DNA of 64,000 bases from an uncultured Planctomycetaceae bacterium (GCA_963813715.1 CAWFAK010000015.1:67008-131007), one strand, 5' to 3'; numbered from the stretch's first letter, positions 1 through 12,311 are shown. A program made the numbers and translations. The notes: generated by a model not told the origin, from the sequence alone.

Positions 1-2
1 CA

Positions 3-1130
3 TTGGCCGTCGCGGCAACGTTGCTGGCAGCGGCCACACTGGGATGGCCCCGACTGCGACCGACTGAAAAACCGGTCGTCACCAACGACGCGCAGCCGAC
101 GGTCTCGGATCAACCCGGGCCGCGGCATCCCGCAGACGTGCCATCGCCGGTCGTCGTCCGCGCGAACGAGAATATTTCGCGAGCGCCAGTGCCAAGCGAA
201 GTCGTGCCCTGGCGGTCGCCCAATGCGCTCGAAGAGCTGATTCTGGCGGCTCACGATCGCGAACGGGGTCAGGCGGCGCCTTCCCCGGCAATTGCCCAGC
301 ACGAGCCGAACAAGGAGCCCGCGATAACGCCGCCCATTCATTTAGCAGGCGTGGCGCGGCGCAAATCTCCGACGACCTCGAAACCTCTGTCGTCGGAGCA
401 AGCACGCGTCGCCTCGGCGATTCAGCGCGTGGCTTCGGAGAAACGGGTCGACGTCGCGGCGGTGGCCTTGGAGCTGCGGAAATCAGCGGCAATCTCGGAG
501 CGACTCCTGATTGAAACGCTCGACCGCGGCAAGAGTCGCGAGCAACTGGCCGCGTTGCGGCTCCTGGCAGAGATCGGCAGCCCGCTCTCGGTTGTCCCCG
601 TGTTCCGGGCGGCCCACGAATCGGCTCTGCATGCGACGGCACTCGAGACCTTGGTGCGTCTGGCTGATCCGTCGGTCCTTGGCGAATTGGCGCGGAGCGA
701 GAGGAACCCCGAGCTGCAGCGGTCGTTGTTGGCTGCTCTGCTGGCTCGCGGCGAACCAAACGCGTTGGACGTGTTTTTGAGTTTCGTGCAGTACGAGCCA
801 ACGACAGAAACGGCGCTCGCCGCCGCGCAGACGTTGAAAGACCCGCCGATGGATTTGCTGTTCGCGAGTCTCTCGGTGCCGCTGGAATCGCAGCGCATCG
901 CGGCGGCCCGCGTGATTGGGCGAATCGATGGGGCGGCGACGACCCAGCGGTTGATCGGAATGGTCGACTCGGGAGTCAACCGCCACGAAGCGTGCATCGC
1001 CTTGTTGAGCAGTCGCGGGCCGGAAGCCACCCGCTACGTGGACGCGGCGGCCCGTCGCGATCCCGCGCTGGCCGCGATTTTGTCTGGTGCCCGTCTCTTT
1101 ACCCCGTCCGAAAATCCTCCTCGGAGTTGA
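3..1130 (+). CDS. HEAT-repeat protein with N-terminal TM segment (probably 5'-truncated)
   Basis: Leu/Ala-rich helical repeats (AALRLLAEIG, AAARVIGRI); ORF starts at the window edge. Confidence 0.6.
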   Translation: MAVAATLLAAATLGWPRLRPTEKPVVTNDAQPTVSDQPGPRHPADVPSPVVVRANENISRAPVPSEVVPWRSPNALEELILAAHDRERGQAAPSPAIAQHEPNKEPAITPPIHLAGVARRKSPTTSKPLSSEQARVASAIQRVASEKRVDVAAVALELRKSAAISERLLIETLDRGKSREQLAALRLLAEIGSPLSVVPVFRAAHESALHATALETLVRLADPSVLGELARSERNPELQRSLLAALLARGEPNALDVFLSFVQYEPTTETALAAAQTLKDPPMDLLFASLSVPLESQRIAAARVIGRIDGAATTQRLIGMVDSGVNRHEACIALLSSRGPEATRYVDAAARRDPALAAILSGARLFTPSENPPRS

Positions 1131-1133
1131 GCC

Positions 1134-2422
1134 ATGACGTTTGCCACGATCCGCCGACCGTTGTCCTCCTGCGCCGCCTCCGTGAAGGGTCCGGCAAGAT
1201 CGAAGACTCGCACGTGGGCGCTTCCGCTCCTGGTGGCAACAGCCCTGTTCCTCCCGACCGCGGCGCGAGGCCAGGATGACCCGGCCCAAAAGCGGCCGGC
1301 TCGCCGGCCGAGAGCCGCCACGGCGAATGCCGACCAGGATCGGCAGCTGGTTGTCCGCGTCTATCCGGTCGAAGATCTGCTGCAGACCGTCAGCGACTAC
1401 CCGTATCGCGGTGGACTTCCGGGGACGTTCCCCCATATGGCAAACGGTGGATTTGGCGGCGGACTTGGCGGGGGGGGAATGGGCGGTGGTGGCGGTGGTG
1501 GTGGTGGAACGTTCTCCGTCCCGAGCGCAGCCGCTCCGCCCCAGGTGTTGCGCCAGTTCGGAGGCGTGGGAAACTCTGGGGGTAATTCTGCTCAGACCGA
1601 CGAACGCGAAAGCCGAAAGTCAGAACTTTTGGAAATGATCCAGTCGTACGTCAAAGGCGACTGGGGAAACTCGGGGCGGAATGCAGCATCTTTCGCGGCA
1701 GCCTGATCGTGCGCAATACCGAAGAAGTTCAAAAGGCTGTGGCCGATCTTTTACAGGCTGTGCGCACGACGAGTGAAATCGGACGCTCGGTGACCATCGA
1801 GGCCACCTGGCTCGTGCTGACTCCTCAACAGCTCGAGAGCTTGCGACGCTTCTCGGCGGGCAAGCCGGATGCGCCCGCGGCCGATCTGCGAAAAAGCTTT
1901 GGCGAACTCACGCAACAGGCGACAGCCATCCACGGCCAGATCACATGTCTCAATGGGCAGCAGGTGCATCTGGCCACCGGTAGGCGACAGGTGATCGCCA
2001 GCGGCGGCACGCCCACGGTCGGGATGGGAGCCGTCGGCTATACACCGATTGTGTCGGTGCTGAATCTTGGGGCGGTCTTGCAAGTCAGGCCATCGCTCTC
2101 GGCCGACTCCGGGAAGGTCCTCGTCGACCTAAGGAGCGTCGTGACGCAGTGGAAAGAGCCGGCGGCTCCCATCCAGATCTCGAGCCAGGCCCTCGTCGGT
2201 TCGGAAGAGAAGAAGGCCGAAGGGCCGCTCGTCCACAGTATGGTGACGATCGACCGCGCGGACGTCGGCACGCAGGAATGGGCGAGCACGGTCTCGATCC
2301 CGATCGGCCAACCGGTCTATATCGGTTCGGTCACGCTGACCGGCGACAAGGCGGGCCACTTGGAGCCGGCTCAGAATCCGGAGCTGGCGCTGGTGATCGA
2401 GATACGTCCGAGCTCCCGCTAA
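1134..2422 (+). CDS. Secretin/type II-III secretion-like exported protein (frameshift near 1705)
   Basis: Signal peptide, VRVYPVEDL motif, Gly-rich linker, then C-terminal ITCLNGQ...GAVLQVRP; two ORFs in different frames join near 1705. Confidence 0.55.
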
Positions 2423-2447
2423 TTCGCGTAGCGAAGATCAGCGATGT

Positions 2448-3125
2448 CTACTTCGTCAGTTCCAACGTCGACCACAGGCTCGGGTCGTGGTCGAAGGGAA
2501 ACTCGCGGCCGACGGTCAGGAATTGCTCGCCCAGTTCCGCGTCTTTCACTGCGTAGTAGAAGCCGAGCAGCGGGTTCGAATCGCGGTCGTAGCCCTGCAA
2601 GCACTCGGCTGGAGTCCAGATCTCAAGCTCGTATCCGCTGCGCGTCGCCCGGGAAACGGACTGCAAGAGGCTGGCCCGGCTCATCGGGGCGTCTTCCTTG
2701 GCCAGAGCGATCGCCAATTGCTGAGCGCCGGCTCGGCCACCGCCGCCGGAGTTCTTGGCCGTTCCCTTGGCCCAATTCTCGGGGAGGGGCCAAAAGGCGA
2801 AATGATGGCAGAAGCGGGTCGCCCGATGGATCGATTGCGTGTTGCGAGTGTCGATCCAGAGCTGCAGTCCGTCCGATTCGGACGGTTCGTTCGGATCGAC
2901 GAAGATCGGCATTTTCTTGCCGCTAACTTCCAATCGGAAGCCGAGCCCCGCCTCATTCCAGCCGGCGCGCAGCGTCGCGAAGGGCGCGGCGGCGTCTAAC
3001 CCGCCGAGGTCGGGCAACGGAGCGATTTTTTCCACGTCGAGGAACGGCTTGCGTGCGACCGACGACTCGACCTCTCGCACCGGAAAGGAAAAGCGGAACA
3101 AGAATCGGTGCGGAACGACGGGCAT
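2448..3125 (-). CDS. DOMON/CBM9-like carbohydrate-binding domain protein
   Basis: WNEAGL, DGLQLWIDTR and GYELEIW motifs. Confidence 0.55.
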   Translation of the reverse strand: MPVVPHRFLFRFSFPVREVESSVARKPFLDVEKIAPLPDLGGLDAAAPFATLRAGWNEAGLGFRLEVSGKKMPIFVDPNEPSESDGLQLWIDTRNTQSIHRATRFCHHFAFWPLPENWAKGTAKNSGGGGRAGAQQLAIALAKEDAPMSRASLLQSVSRATRSGYELEIWTPAECLQGYDRDSNPLLGFYYAVKDAELGEQFLTVGREFPFDHDPSLWSTLELTK

Positions 3126-3499
3126 AGGAGCCGATGACCGGCGCGATACTCCGCGGCAGCTTCGGCGATCTGCTGCCAGCTCATCAGATGCGTTTCGATG
3201 CTTTTGATCACGAGCGAGCCGCGCTTGCCTTTGGCATCTTCCAGCTCGTAGCCCGACTGGCGGAGCTTGTTTTCCTGCTCCGATTCCTTGGGAAGCAGCC
3301 CGTCGTCACTGATGGCGCGCCACCATTCGAGGTGCGGCCAGTCGCGGCGGATGGTGCGAATGGTCGTGACCATTGTGCGGCCATTCATGCCGGCGCTAAA
3401 GCCCGCCTGTTTGGCCAGCGTGCTGAACGTGGCGACTTTTTGCGCTTTTTTCAGCTCCCAAAGGAGCTCCGCTACTTCCGACGCTCGACTCGAAACCAT
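2996..3499 (-). CDS. MGMT/ATL-like DNA-binding protein (true 3' end probably near 3130)
   Basis: VATFSTLAKQAG and WWRAISDDG motifs; tail overlaps the next gene. Confidence 0.5.
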   Translation of the reverse strand: MVSSRASEVAELLWELKKAQKVATFSTLAKQAGFSAGMNGRTMVTTIRTIRRDWPHLEWWRAISDDGLLPKESEQENKLRQSGYELEDAKGKRGSLVIKSIETHLMSWQQIAEAAAEYRAGHRLLCPSFRTDSCSAFPFRCERSSRRSHASRSSTWKKSLRCPTSAG

Positions 3500-3756
3500 T
3501 GGGGATCCCCTTGGGATAGGGACAGGTCAGGCTTCCGAAGCCCGAAGAATCGTATTCAGGAAACCTTCGTCCGTGACCTGAACCAACCGGAAGGATTGCC
3601 GCAAACGGAACGTCAAATCTCTTCCGGGCCTTTGAAATCCGGGACGCCGCGTATGTCCACGAGGAGCCAATCTTGGAATAATTCTAAGGTAATCGATCCG
3701 ACGTCCCCCTCACAAGCCCTGATGTCGGATCCATGGTGATTGAGGAAGCCCGGAAC

Positions 3757-4194
3757 ATGGAGGAAATCTACGAAGGACACGGAATTCGCTTCCGTTACCC
3801 TGTTTATTGGGAAGTGACCGAGCAGGAAGACGACGAAGCGACCTCGATTACCGTCGCCAGCCCCGATACGTCGTTCTGGTCCATCTCTCTCTTTCACGAC
3901 GCTCCTTCGCCCCAGGAGGTGCTGGAGTCGGCCCTGGAGGCCTTTCGCGAGGAGTATGCGGAGGCCGACGTTTATGCCTCCACCGAGCGCATCGGGGACC
4001 GAGCCGGCGTCGCGCGCGACCTCGACTTTGTCTGCTTTGAGCTCATTAATAGCGCGTTCTTGCGATCGTTTCAGACCGAGCGATACACAGTTCTGGTGCT
4101 CTATCAGGGATTCGACGGAGAACTCGAGACGACGCGGCCGATGCTCGAGGCGATTTCCGCCAGCCTGGCTTTCGCCGGCGAAGACGAGCCCTGA
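3757..4194 (+). CDS. Conserved hypothetical protein (PsbP/DcrB-like)
   Basis: Acidic ORF with GIRFRYP.W motif. Confidence 0.55.
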   Translation: MEEIYEGHGIRFRYPVYWEVTEQEDDEATSITVASPDTSFWSISLFHDAPSPQEVLESALEAFREEYAEADVYASTERIGDRAGVARDLDFVCFELINSAFLRSFQTERYTVLVLYQGFDGELETTRPMLEAISASLAFAGEDEP

Positions 4195-4538
4195 ACAGCG
4201 TGCGGGCACAGGCGCAATGGTGCGTCTTCGGACCCGACGGCCAGTCGGCTTTGCCCGTGCCCCTGCGAGCCGAATATAATCGGGGGCATCAATATCGGGG
4301 CCGATCTGACCGCTGGCCGATTCGACTACCCAGTCCGACGTCGCCGTTTCGCTGCCAGCACTCATTGGGTTGCCACGTGGCGACGCCAACCGTCCGGTGG
4401 CCCTGGGGGAACGTCATCCGACAAACCCGCATTTTGGCCGTTGATCCAAGCCAGTTCGGGGCTTGGGTGGCGGGTTGGTGGCGTCCGCGTTGCGGGCCGG
4501 GCTAAAACACAAGCGCACTGCTTGGAGGATACACGCAC

Positions 4539-4760
4539 ATGGCTGCGGAGCTCTTTTCGCACCAAGTGGAGAGCGTGGGAACGGTCGCCGGCCACGTCTG
4601 GAACTATTTAAATGACAACGGGCCAGTCACCCTCAGCAAGCTGGCCCGCGAGATCGAGGCTCCGCGAGACCTCGTGATGCAAGGAGTCGGCTGGCTTGCC
4701 CGAGAAGGAAAGGTTGCCTTCCACGAAGGTCCCAGGAGCAAGACCATTTCGCTGCTGTGA
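4539..4760 (+). CDS. Small winged-helix protein (DUF2582-like)
   Basis: VGTVAGHVWNYL...GVGWLAREGK; GGAGG RBS upstream. Confidence 0.8.
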   Translation: MAAELFSHQVESVGTVAGHVWNYLNDNGPVTLSKLAREIEAPRDLVMQGVGWLAREGKVAFHEGPRSKTISLL

Positions 4761-4799
4761 ACGATTCGATCCGCGCCGATTCCTTTCGGACACCAGCCG

Positions 4800-5768
4800 A
4801 TGCCTGCCACCACCGAATTTGACAATTTTTGCGAAGAGGGCCGCCGTCAGGTGCGGCACCAGGACGCGGACGCCGCGATCGCCGCCTTTCGGAAGGCGCT
4901 GGCGCTCAACGAGCGGGCGATCGTCGTGCACGAGGGGCTGGCGGCCGCCTATTTCCTGAAAAAGGATTACGAGAACGCGGCCGAACACTTCAAGAAAGTG
5001 ACGCTGCTCGACCCGCGACAGGCCAAGGCCCTCATCAACCTTGGCGCGGTCTACAACCGGATGGGCGAGTATACAAAGGCGGTCACCATTCTGCGCAAGG
5101 CCGTGCAAAAGGATAAAAGCTCGGGCGAAGGACACTACAACCTGGGGTTGGCCTATCGCGGGCTCAACCAGCAGGCGATGGCGGTGTCGGCGTACAAAGA
5201 GGCCGTCCGCGTTTCTCCGGCGATGGCGGCCGCCCATCAGAACCTGGCCAACGTCTATGTCGACATGGGCAACTTTCAGCACGCCATGATCCACTACAAA
5301 AAGGCGCTGGAGATCAACCCAGAGTTCGAGCGGGCGCAGCGCGGGCTGGAAGCGGCCCAGGAGATGAGCTCGCAGGCCAAAAAGTCCATTAGTCCGTTCG
5401 GCCGGCTCGTCGACCCCAATGCCATCGGTGCCAAGTCCGCTCCGCGGGTCGAACGGCGGATGAACGACACGGAGCGGGCCCAGGATCGGATGACCGTCTT
5501 CAGCGTGCTGAGCGAAGTGGACGATGCGGCCAACCTGCTCTTGAAGCAGCTCAAGGAATCCTTCGACCCGGCACTGCTCACGCTGGCGCGAACTCTTTCG
5601 GAGCGGATGGACGGACCCAGCACGATCTCGCGCGACTACCGGGTCTATCTGATGGCCTTCAAGCAGGTCTACGAATCGCGCCGGGCGCTCAAACGTGCCG
5701 TCGCGGCCCTTCGGGCGCACGAAGAGATGATGAACACGCCCGACATGCCGATGCGCCGCCCTAACTGA
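4800..5768 (+). CDS. Tetratricopeptide repeat protein
   Basis: Multiple TPR motifs (ALINLGAVY, GHYNLGLAY, AHQNLANVY). Confidence 0.9.
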   Translation: MPATTEFDNFCEEGRRQVRHQDADAAIAAFRKALALNERAIVVHEGLAAAYFLKKDYENAAEHFKKVTLLDPRQAKALINLGAVYNRMGEYTKAVTILRKAVQKDKSSGEGHYNLGLAYRGLNQQAMAVSAYKEAVRVSPAMAAAHQNLANVYVDMGNFQHAMIHYKKALEINPEFERAQRGLEAAQEMSSQAKKSISPFGRLVDPNAIGAKSAPRVERRMNDTERAQDRMTVFSVLSEVDDAANLLLKQLKESFDPALLTLARTLSERMDGPSTISRDYRVYLMAFKQVYESRRALKRAVAALRAHEEMMNTPDMPMRRPN

Positions 5769-5840
5769 CGCGACTGCTCCAAGGTCGTGCTCGTCACGGT
5801 TGCCGCGTGCCCGCTTGGGCTCACCGCTGCCGATCGTCGC

Positions 5841-8800
5841 TTAGGGCATGACCGTGCCGTTGACCAGGATGCCGCCCGTGGTGGTGGAGGCGGGGACTGA
5901 GAAGGGCGTGGCGGCGCCGGTGATGGTGTTGTTGGCCGCACTGCTCAGGTTGGGCATGTAGGTCGTGCTGCCGCTGACCGGATCGGTCACGCTGCTGAAG
6001 ATGATGCCGCGATCGGGTCCGCCGCCGTTGGGCACCGAGAACGAGTTGTTGCTGATGCTGATCGCGCTCGGCCCGGTGACCGAGTCGAACAGCATGCCGG
6101 TCGCTCCGCCCGCATTGTCGTAGATCGAGTTGCCGCTGATCGTGAGAGCGGCGGAGGGGCCCAGCGAAAACTCCATGCCGGTGCCGTTGGCCGCGCCGAA
6201 TTGCACGCTGTTGTTCGTCACGCCGATCGACGCCGGGCCGTCCGTAATGAAGTGGAAGCCAACATCGTTTCCGCCGTTGGCCGCGAAGGCGTTGTTCTGA
6301 ACCAAAATCGTCGACATGTAGACGCTCGACGCGTTGTTGATCAGCACGCCCGTATTGGACCCGCCCGTTCCCGCGAAGCTGTTGCTGGCAATCGTCGTGT
6401 CAAGCGTGCCGTTCCACGCGACATTGACGCCGGCCGTGTTCGACCCGCCGTCGGTAAATGCGTTGTTCTGCACGGTGAGGGTCATCGTCGAAGGCTCGCG
6501 CTCGGCATCGTCGCGATCAGCAGGTTGTCGGCAGTGGTCGAGGTAAGCGTGTTCCCTTCGAGGTTGACCACATACGCGCCCTGTTGGTTGTACTGGCTGC
6601 GGATGTTGGCCGCGCCGTTGCCGGTGAAGGTCGACGTCACGAGATTGAGCGATCCCACGTTGAGAGCGTCGATTCCGTAGCTACGAGGATCCGGAGATTG
6701 TCGTATTGGCCAGCGCCAGCGACTGCACGTTCTGTGCCTGGATACCCACGCCGTTGGAATTCAGGGTCATACCGACCAGCCCGACGGTGCCGGTGTTCGT
6801 CAGAATGGCGCCAACCGTGTCGTTCTGGATAATGCCGCCGGTGCCCACCGCATTGCTCGCATTGCCGGTGACGAAGAACGTGCCGGACGATCCGATCAGC
6901 TTGAGGCCCACCGGCGCGTTGTTGCTCGAGAGCGCGGCGAGATAGACGTTCATATTTGTGCTCTCGATGTCGGCGGCCGTGCCGCCCACTGAGGAGATCG
7001 TTCCACCCGCTCCCGCCGTGTGCGCACTGTTGATCACGAGCGTTCCCGCGTCGTTGGCAAACAGGCCCGTGCCGTTGACGCTGGTCACGTTGAGCGTGCT
7101 GAAGGTCGTGGTGCCGGTATTGCTCGTCAGCGAAACGCCCGGGTTGCTCGCGGCATTGGAGACCGTGACCGCACCCGTGAAGGTTGTGTTGACCGACGAA
7201 TTGGCGATCGAGATGCCCGACGCGGTGGAGCCGATCTCGTTGGTGATGTTGGTCGTTCCCGTAACGGCCACGGTGCCGGCCGAATTGCCGATGGAGAGGC
7301 CGGCGCCCTCGCGGTGGTCGATCGACAGGTTGTCGAAGGTCACGCTGCCGTTCGCGAACTGATTGAAGATATTGACGGATTCCCCCGCCGCGCCGGAGAC
7401 AGTGGTCGTTCCGGCAAATTGGACGGCGCCGGACTCGTTTTCGATATCGATGCCTCGGCCGGCCGAGTTGAGCACGGTCAGGTTGTTGAAATCCACGGTG
7501 CCCGCATTGTTCAACAGCAGCACGCCTTGGCTGCCGCTGCCGGGCAATTGCATACCGGTGAGGTTGACCGTGCCGCCGCCGATCGCGAAGACCAAAGCAT
7601 CGTAATTCTGGCTCCCCGCGATGGTGCCGGTAAACGTGATGTTCGCGTTTCCACCCTCAATCCACAGGCCGTTCTGCTGCGAGCCGTTAACGGTGGTGTT
7701 GAGGATTTGGACCGAGTTCGCGCTGTTGACGAGCAGGATGCCGTTGTTGCCCGCGTTGTTGATGGTGACATTCTCAATGCTGCTGTTCGAGACGCCGTTG
7801 CCGAAGAGGCCGTTGCCGGCCGGGTTGTTGATCGTGAAGCCAGACAGGATGGCGTTGGGGGCCAGGGTGATGGCGTCTCCGGTCGACGATTGCAGGACGG
7901 GCAGGCTGGTGCTGCCACTCGCGTGAGGCAGTACGATCGTTCCCGTGGGCACCGATAATGTGTGCTGCAATCCAGCGCCGTCTCCCAGCAGGGCCTGGCC
8001 GGCATTCATCGAGATGGTGGCGTCCGCGCCGTTGAACACGCTGTTGGCGTGCACGAAGACGATCGTCGCCCCCGTGGCCTGTGCGGCCGCGATGGTCTGG
8101 AAGGGACTGTTGATCGTGCCGCTGCCGCCCGCGGCCGCCGCACTGTTCACGTGCGCCACTGTGTAGGGAGTATTCGTGATCGGATCGATGGCAGTGACGT
8201 TCGGATCGACCTGGCCGCGGGTGGGGGCCAGGACGGTGTAGTTGCGGGTGACGTGCTCGCCAAGTCGTGCTTGCTGCGACGGATCGGACAATTCCGAGCG
8301 GTGCAGGGGCCCGAAGGTCCAGGAAATTCCCAAAAAGGCCCGTGTGTTGAAGAAGTTGTCGTTGGTCACCTGCACGCTGCCGTCGACGCCCTGGTACAGA
8401 TTTGCCTGCAGCCGGGCGGAGCCGCCAGTGATGTGATCGCCCTGGCTGTCCGTGTAGTAGTAGCCGCCGCCGTAAAGCCGCACGTTGTGCGCCTCGGCGA
8501 ACTTACCGGGAATGGGAACACCCAGCTCCATATCGAAGCCTGTCATGGCCGAGATATAGCCCTGCAGTTCGTTGTAGACGACGTTATTGCCGACGAACCG
8601 GGCCGAGTTGCCGATCGCCCCAAGAGACGTTTGGTCGAACGTCTGCCCGAACGGCACGTAGACGTTGGCCCGCCAGTCCCACCAGCGGCCGTATGTCTCG
8701 AGGCTCACGCCGAATTGCTGGAAGTAAGGATCCCGCGTGCCGTCCGCGTCGTACCAGCCGCTGATGCCGAACACGCGATCGAGCGAAGGGTTGTAAATCC

Positions 8801-9599
8801 GGTAGCCGAGGCCGACGTTCCCGCCGAACGTGCCGTCGACCGTGGGGAAGGCCCGCACGTCGGCGAAATAGAGTTGGTGATCCATCAGGAAGAACGGAAA
8901 CAGCTCGACGGGAAAGAGCGACAGATCCTGGACCGGACCTTGTCCGGAGATCCCCGCCGCCCGCACCTGCACCGCAACCAGGTCTTCCCGATCGAAATAA
9001 CTAGGCTGTCCGTTGGGTGAGTTGGCGTTCGGAGCGGGCGGATTGGGCGGCGTGATCGTCGGTGTCGAATTGTTGGGAGTCGTCGGGCTTGGAGTTGAAT
9101 TGTTGGGCGCGGGCCCGTTCGACCCCGGAGTGCTCGAAGAAGGTGGCGTCGACGATGAAGCATTGGCAGCTGGCGCGATCGAAGACGAGCTGGAGTTGGC
9201 CGAATTTGTGCCTGTCGAGCTTCCGCTTGTCGCATCGGCCGCAGTCGAAGTTGCGGAGGCAGGGACCAACGCGGGCATTTTGGGCGGCGACGAATTCGTC
9301 GATTTGCCGCCGCCGTTTGATTTTGCGTCTCCCGATTTTGCGGACGAACCTGGCGCGGTCACTGGAGGCGGCGCGTCGTCCGGCATCGACGGCGCGGCCG
9401 GTGTCGCAGGGAGGGGATCGTCGGCGCGCAGAGTCGCAGCTGCACCCGCCAGGAGGGCGAGGGCCAGTCCGCCGGTCAGCGCGCAGAGGCGCGCGCGGGA
9501 CACTCGCACCGTCGATTTGTCGACGAGGAAGAAGTCCATCACAGTCGGTCCTGCGTATTCAGACGCGCTGCGAAACACTTCGCGGCCATGCAGGTTCAC
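5841..9599 (-). CDS. Inverse autotransporter (intimin-like beta domain) with beta-helix passenger; frameshifts at ~6490-6680
   Basis: Signal peptide, Pro/Ser linker, GGNVGLGYR...FQQFGVSLE...RANVYVP barrel motifs, GSGTINSPFQTI, Asn/Gly/Thr-rich repeats. Confidence 0.75.
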
Positions 9600-9942
9600 G
9601 AAGCAGCGTCACGAATGGGGAGGGGTGATCGAGATTTGTGGCAGGGAGGGACTCGGCCGAAGCGCGGGCGCGCTTCGATGACGAGCGATAAAGTCTGCGA
9701 GAAATCAGGAATGCAGGCTGGAAGGGTGGAGGCAGGATGTGGAGAGGGGGGTAGAAATACTCGCACCCGCCAAATGTGTCAATACGGTCCCGCGCCGCGG
9801 CTTCGCCTGCGAGGACACCGACCTTGCGGTAAACAGTGGTTCGTCGTCGGGAAGATGCGTGTGCATGGCACACCTCCTTTCAAATTGAGTCACGGGAAAC
9901 GACACGGCGTCGCCATCCGGGTTCATCGTTTCGCCCCCACAT

Positions 9943-10365
9943 TCATTTGACTGAATCGGGAGCGCCCGCCTCGATCCACGCGCGCACCGTCTCCTTCTCC
10001 GATGGCGTGAGCCGTCCCCGCGGCGCGTCGGGGGGCGGCATCTCATCGTGCTCGACGAGCGCCCACAGCTCAGACTCCGCGGGGCGGCCGGGAACGATTT
10101 TCTCGGGGTCCGCGGCCAGCCGCTTGAGATCGAGCACGTAGCCGAAGCGGCCTCGGGGCCGGGGCAGGTCGGGGCCGTGGCAGCCGGCACACTTCATCCG
10201 AAAGATACCGCGCGCCGCGTCCGCCAGATTTGCCACCCGCGCTTCGGTCCGAACGGGAGGCGATTCAGCCTGGCTCGGCGAAGCCGAACGACCGCCGCCA
10301 GCCCAGAAGCCGACTCCCGTAAACGCGGCGACAAACGGAATCAGCGCGAGCCACCATTTGTTCAT
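9943..10365 (-). CDS. Planctomycete-type cytochrome c domain protein
   Basis: CAGCH haem motif, IVPG.P.ES, MPP, WI..GA; N-terminal TM. Confidence 0.85.
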   Translation of the reverse strand: MNKWWLALIPFVAAFTGVGFWAGGGRSASPSQAESPPVRTEARVANLADAARGIFRMKCAGCHGPDLPRPRGRFGYVLDLKRLAADPEKIVPGRPAESELWALVEHDEMPPPDAPRGRLTPSEKETVRAWIEAGAPDSVK

Positions 10366-10580
10366 GAGTCACCATTCTCAAGATCGATCGCAGTTTAAGA
10401 ATCGCTCGGCGGTCGCGATCGCCGAGTGGCGGGCGTCGAGCCGCAAGAGGCCCCCAGTCATTGGCGCTGAAAGGCGGCCAACACGCCGACCCCAGACACC
10501 CTTTGACTCCCAGCACCTGACCCCGCCACCCGGGCGATCTGCTGCCGAGCCACCCTGTCGTTATTTCCTGGCGCTCGAGT

Positions 10581-11558
10581 TCAGCCCTCGAGCGTCGTAT
10601 CGACGATCGCGAGCGAGCCAGCGTTCTCGAAATAAGAGACGGCCGTCAAACCGAGCATCGATCGCAGCCGTTCCGCGGGCAGATCGCGCATCGGACCCGG
10701 CGTTCCCTTCCCCGGTTGCGACTGGGGAAACGCGGTCGAGCGGGCCGTATGAAAAGTCACCCGCCCTTCCACTTTCTGCATCACCTGATGGATATGACCG
10801 TTGAGTACGGTCAGCGAGCCGAAGCGCCGCAGGATTCGCAGGGCCCGCGCGGCGTCCTGCGTGCCCCAGCCCCATTTCTCGTAGACCGACCAGAGCGGCA
10901 CGTGCGCGAACACAACGACGGGCGTGCTGTCGGCCAGCCCCGCCACGTCGCGTTCCAACCACTGCAATTGGTCCGGGCCGATCACGCCCAGTCCCCCGTC
11001 CTTGCTGCCGGACTTCGCGGTGGCGACGTTCACCAGGCCGATGAAGTGGACCCCTTGCGTATTGAAGCTGTACCAACCGCTCCCCGACGTCCCTCGGCCG
11101 TAGCGCTTGAGGTATTCCCGGTTTCCGTCGCTGTCAAAATCGTGTTCGCCCGGCACATAGAAGACGCGGCCGGCCTTCGCTTCCTTGAGCAGCTCGGCAA
11201 CCGCGTCAAATTCCTCGGGACGGGCCGAGTGGGTGATGTCGCCCGTATGAAGAATGAACGCGGGCGGCTCGGGCAGCGCATTGATCCGGGCAATCGTTTG
11301 CCTGAGCGTGCCGGCGACGTCCTTGTTGGGGGCGCGGCTGAACCCGAGATGGCTGTCGCTGATCTGCACGAACGACAGACTCGAGCGATTTGTCGCCGCT
11401 TGCCCGAAGACGCGCGACGTGGCGATCCCGCCGGACATTCCCCAAACGAGCCCCGTGCCGACCCAGGCCATGCACTTGAGCATGCCCCGGCGGTCGATGC
11501 CGTCGTCGTGATTGTTGGTTGAAGGCGGGGATGGAAATAGCGTCTTGTCGTCGCGCAT
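10581..11558 (-). CDS. Tat-exported metallophosphoesterase
   Basis: RRGMLK twin-arginine motif; DSH, GDITH, GEHD, GHIH metal-binding motifs. Confidence 0.9.
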   Translation of the reverse strand: MRDDKTLFPSPPSTNNHDDGIDRRGMLKCMAWVGTGLVWGMSGGIATSRVFGQAATNRSSLSFVQISDSHLGFSRAPNKDVAGTLRQTIARINALPEPPAFILHTGDITHSARPEEFDAVAELLKEAKAGRVFYVPGEHDFDSDGNREYLKRYGRGTSGSGWYSFNTQGVHFIGLVNVATAKSGSKDGGLGVIGPDQLQWLERDVAGLADSTPVVVFAHVPLWSVYEKWGWGTQDAARALRILRRFGSLTVLNGHIHQVMQKVEGRVTFHTARSTAFPQSQPGKGTPGPMRDLPAERLRSMLGLTAVSYFENAGSLAIVDTTLEG

Positions 11559-11785
11559 CGAAATCTCCTGGGCAACAAATCGCGGAACGGACTGAAACAG
11601 GGCCACCGACATCCCTACCGAGCCCGTCCCCAAAAAATTCCCGACGACAAAATTCCGCAGAATTAGAGAAAATTGACGAGGGAATAAACGGCGGCCGCGG
11701 ACGGTAGGATAGATGGGGTGTCGCCCGCTCGGCGGCCGTTGGACGCTCTCGCCGCGAATAGCTCCCCGCGTTTGGAAGCCCGCAT

Positions 11786-12311
11786 TTGGAATCCGATGAG
11801 CGGAGGCGGTTTGCAGATGTCACGCTGCCTCATCTCGATGCTGCGTACAACCTGGCCCGCTGGTTGACGCGGGACGAGCACGCCGCCGAGGACGTGGTCC
11901 AGGAGGCGTACCTTCGCGCTGCGCGGTACTTCGGCAGCTTCCGCGGAGGCGACGGGCGACCCTGGCTGTTGGGAGTGGTGCGCCGTGCGGCATTCGACTG
12001 GCTACAATCGGCATCGGGGACCAACCGCGGTCTCCTTCGACGACGACTTGCATGATCGGGGCGACACGTCGGCCGACCCGCAACAGCTGGTCTTGCGCAA
12101 GAGCGACGAAGCCAGCGTGCGCGACGCCTTGGCCGAATTGCCGTTACCCTTGCGCGAGGTGATCGTGTTGCGCGAGCTGGAAGGCCTGAGCTATCAAGAG
12201 ATCGCCGTGCTCGTCGAAATTCCGATCGGCACCGTGATGTCCCGCCTGTCGCGGGGACGACGGCAACTTCAACAGCGACTGGCCGGCTACGTGGGCGAGG
12301 ACGCGAAATGA
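11786..12311 (+). CDS. ECF sigma-70 factor (frameshift near 12010)
   Basis: AEDVVQEAYLRA (region 2) and LSYQEIA...GTVMSRLSRGR (region 4) in two frames. Confidence 0.85.
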
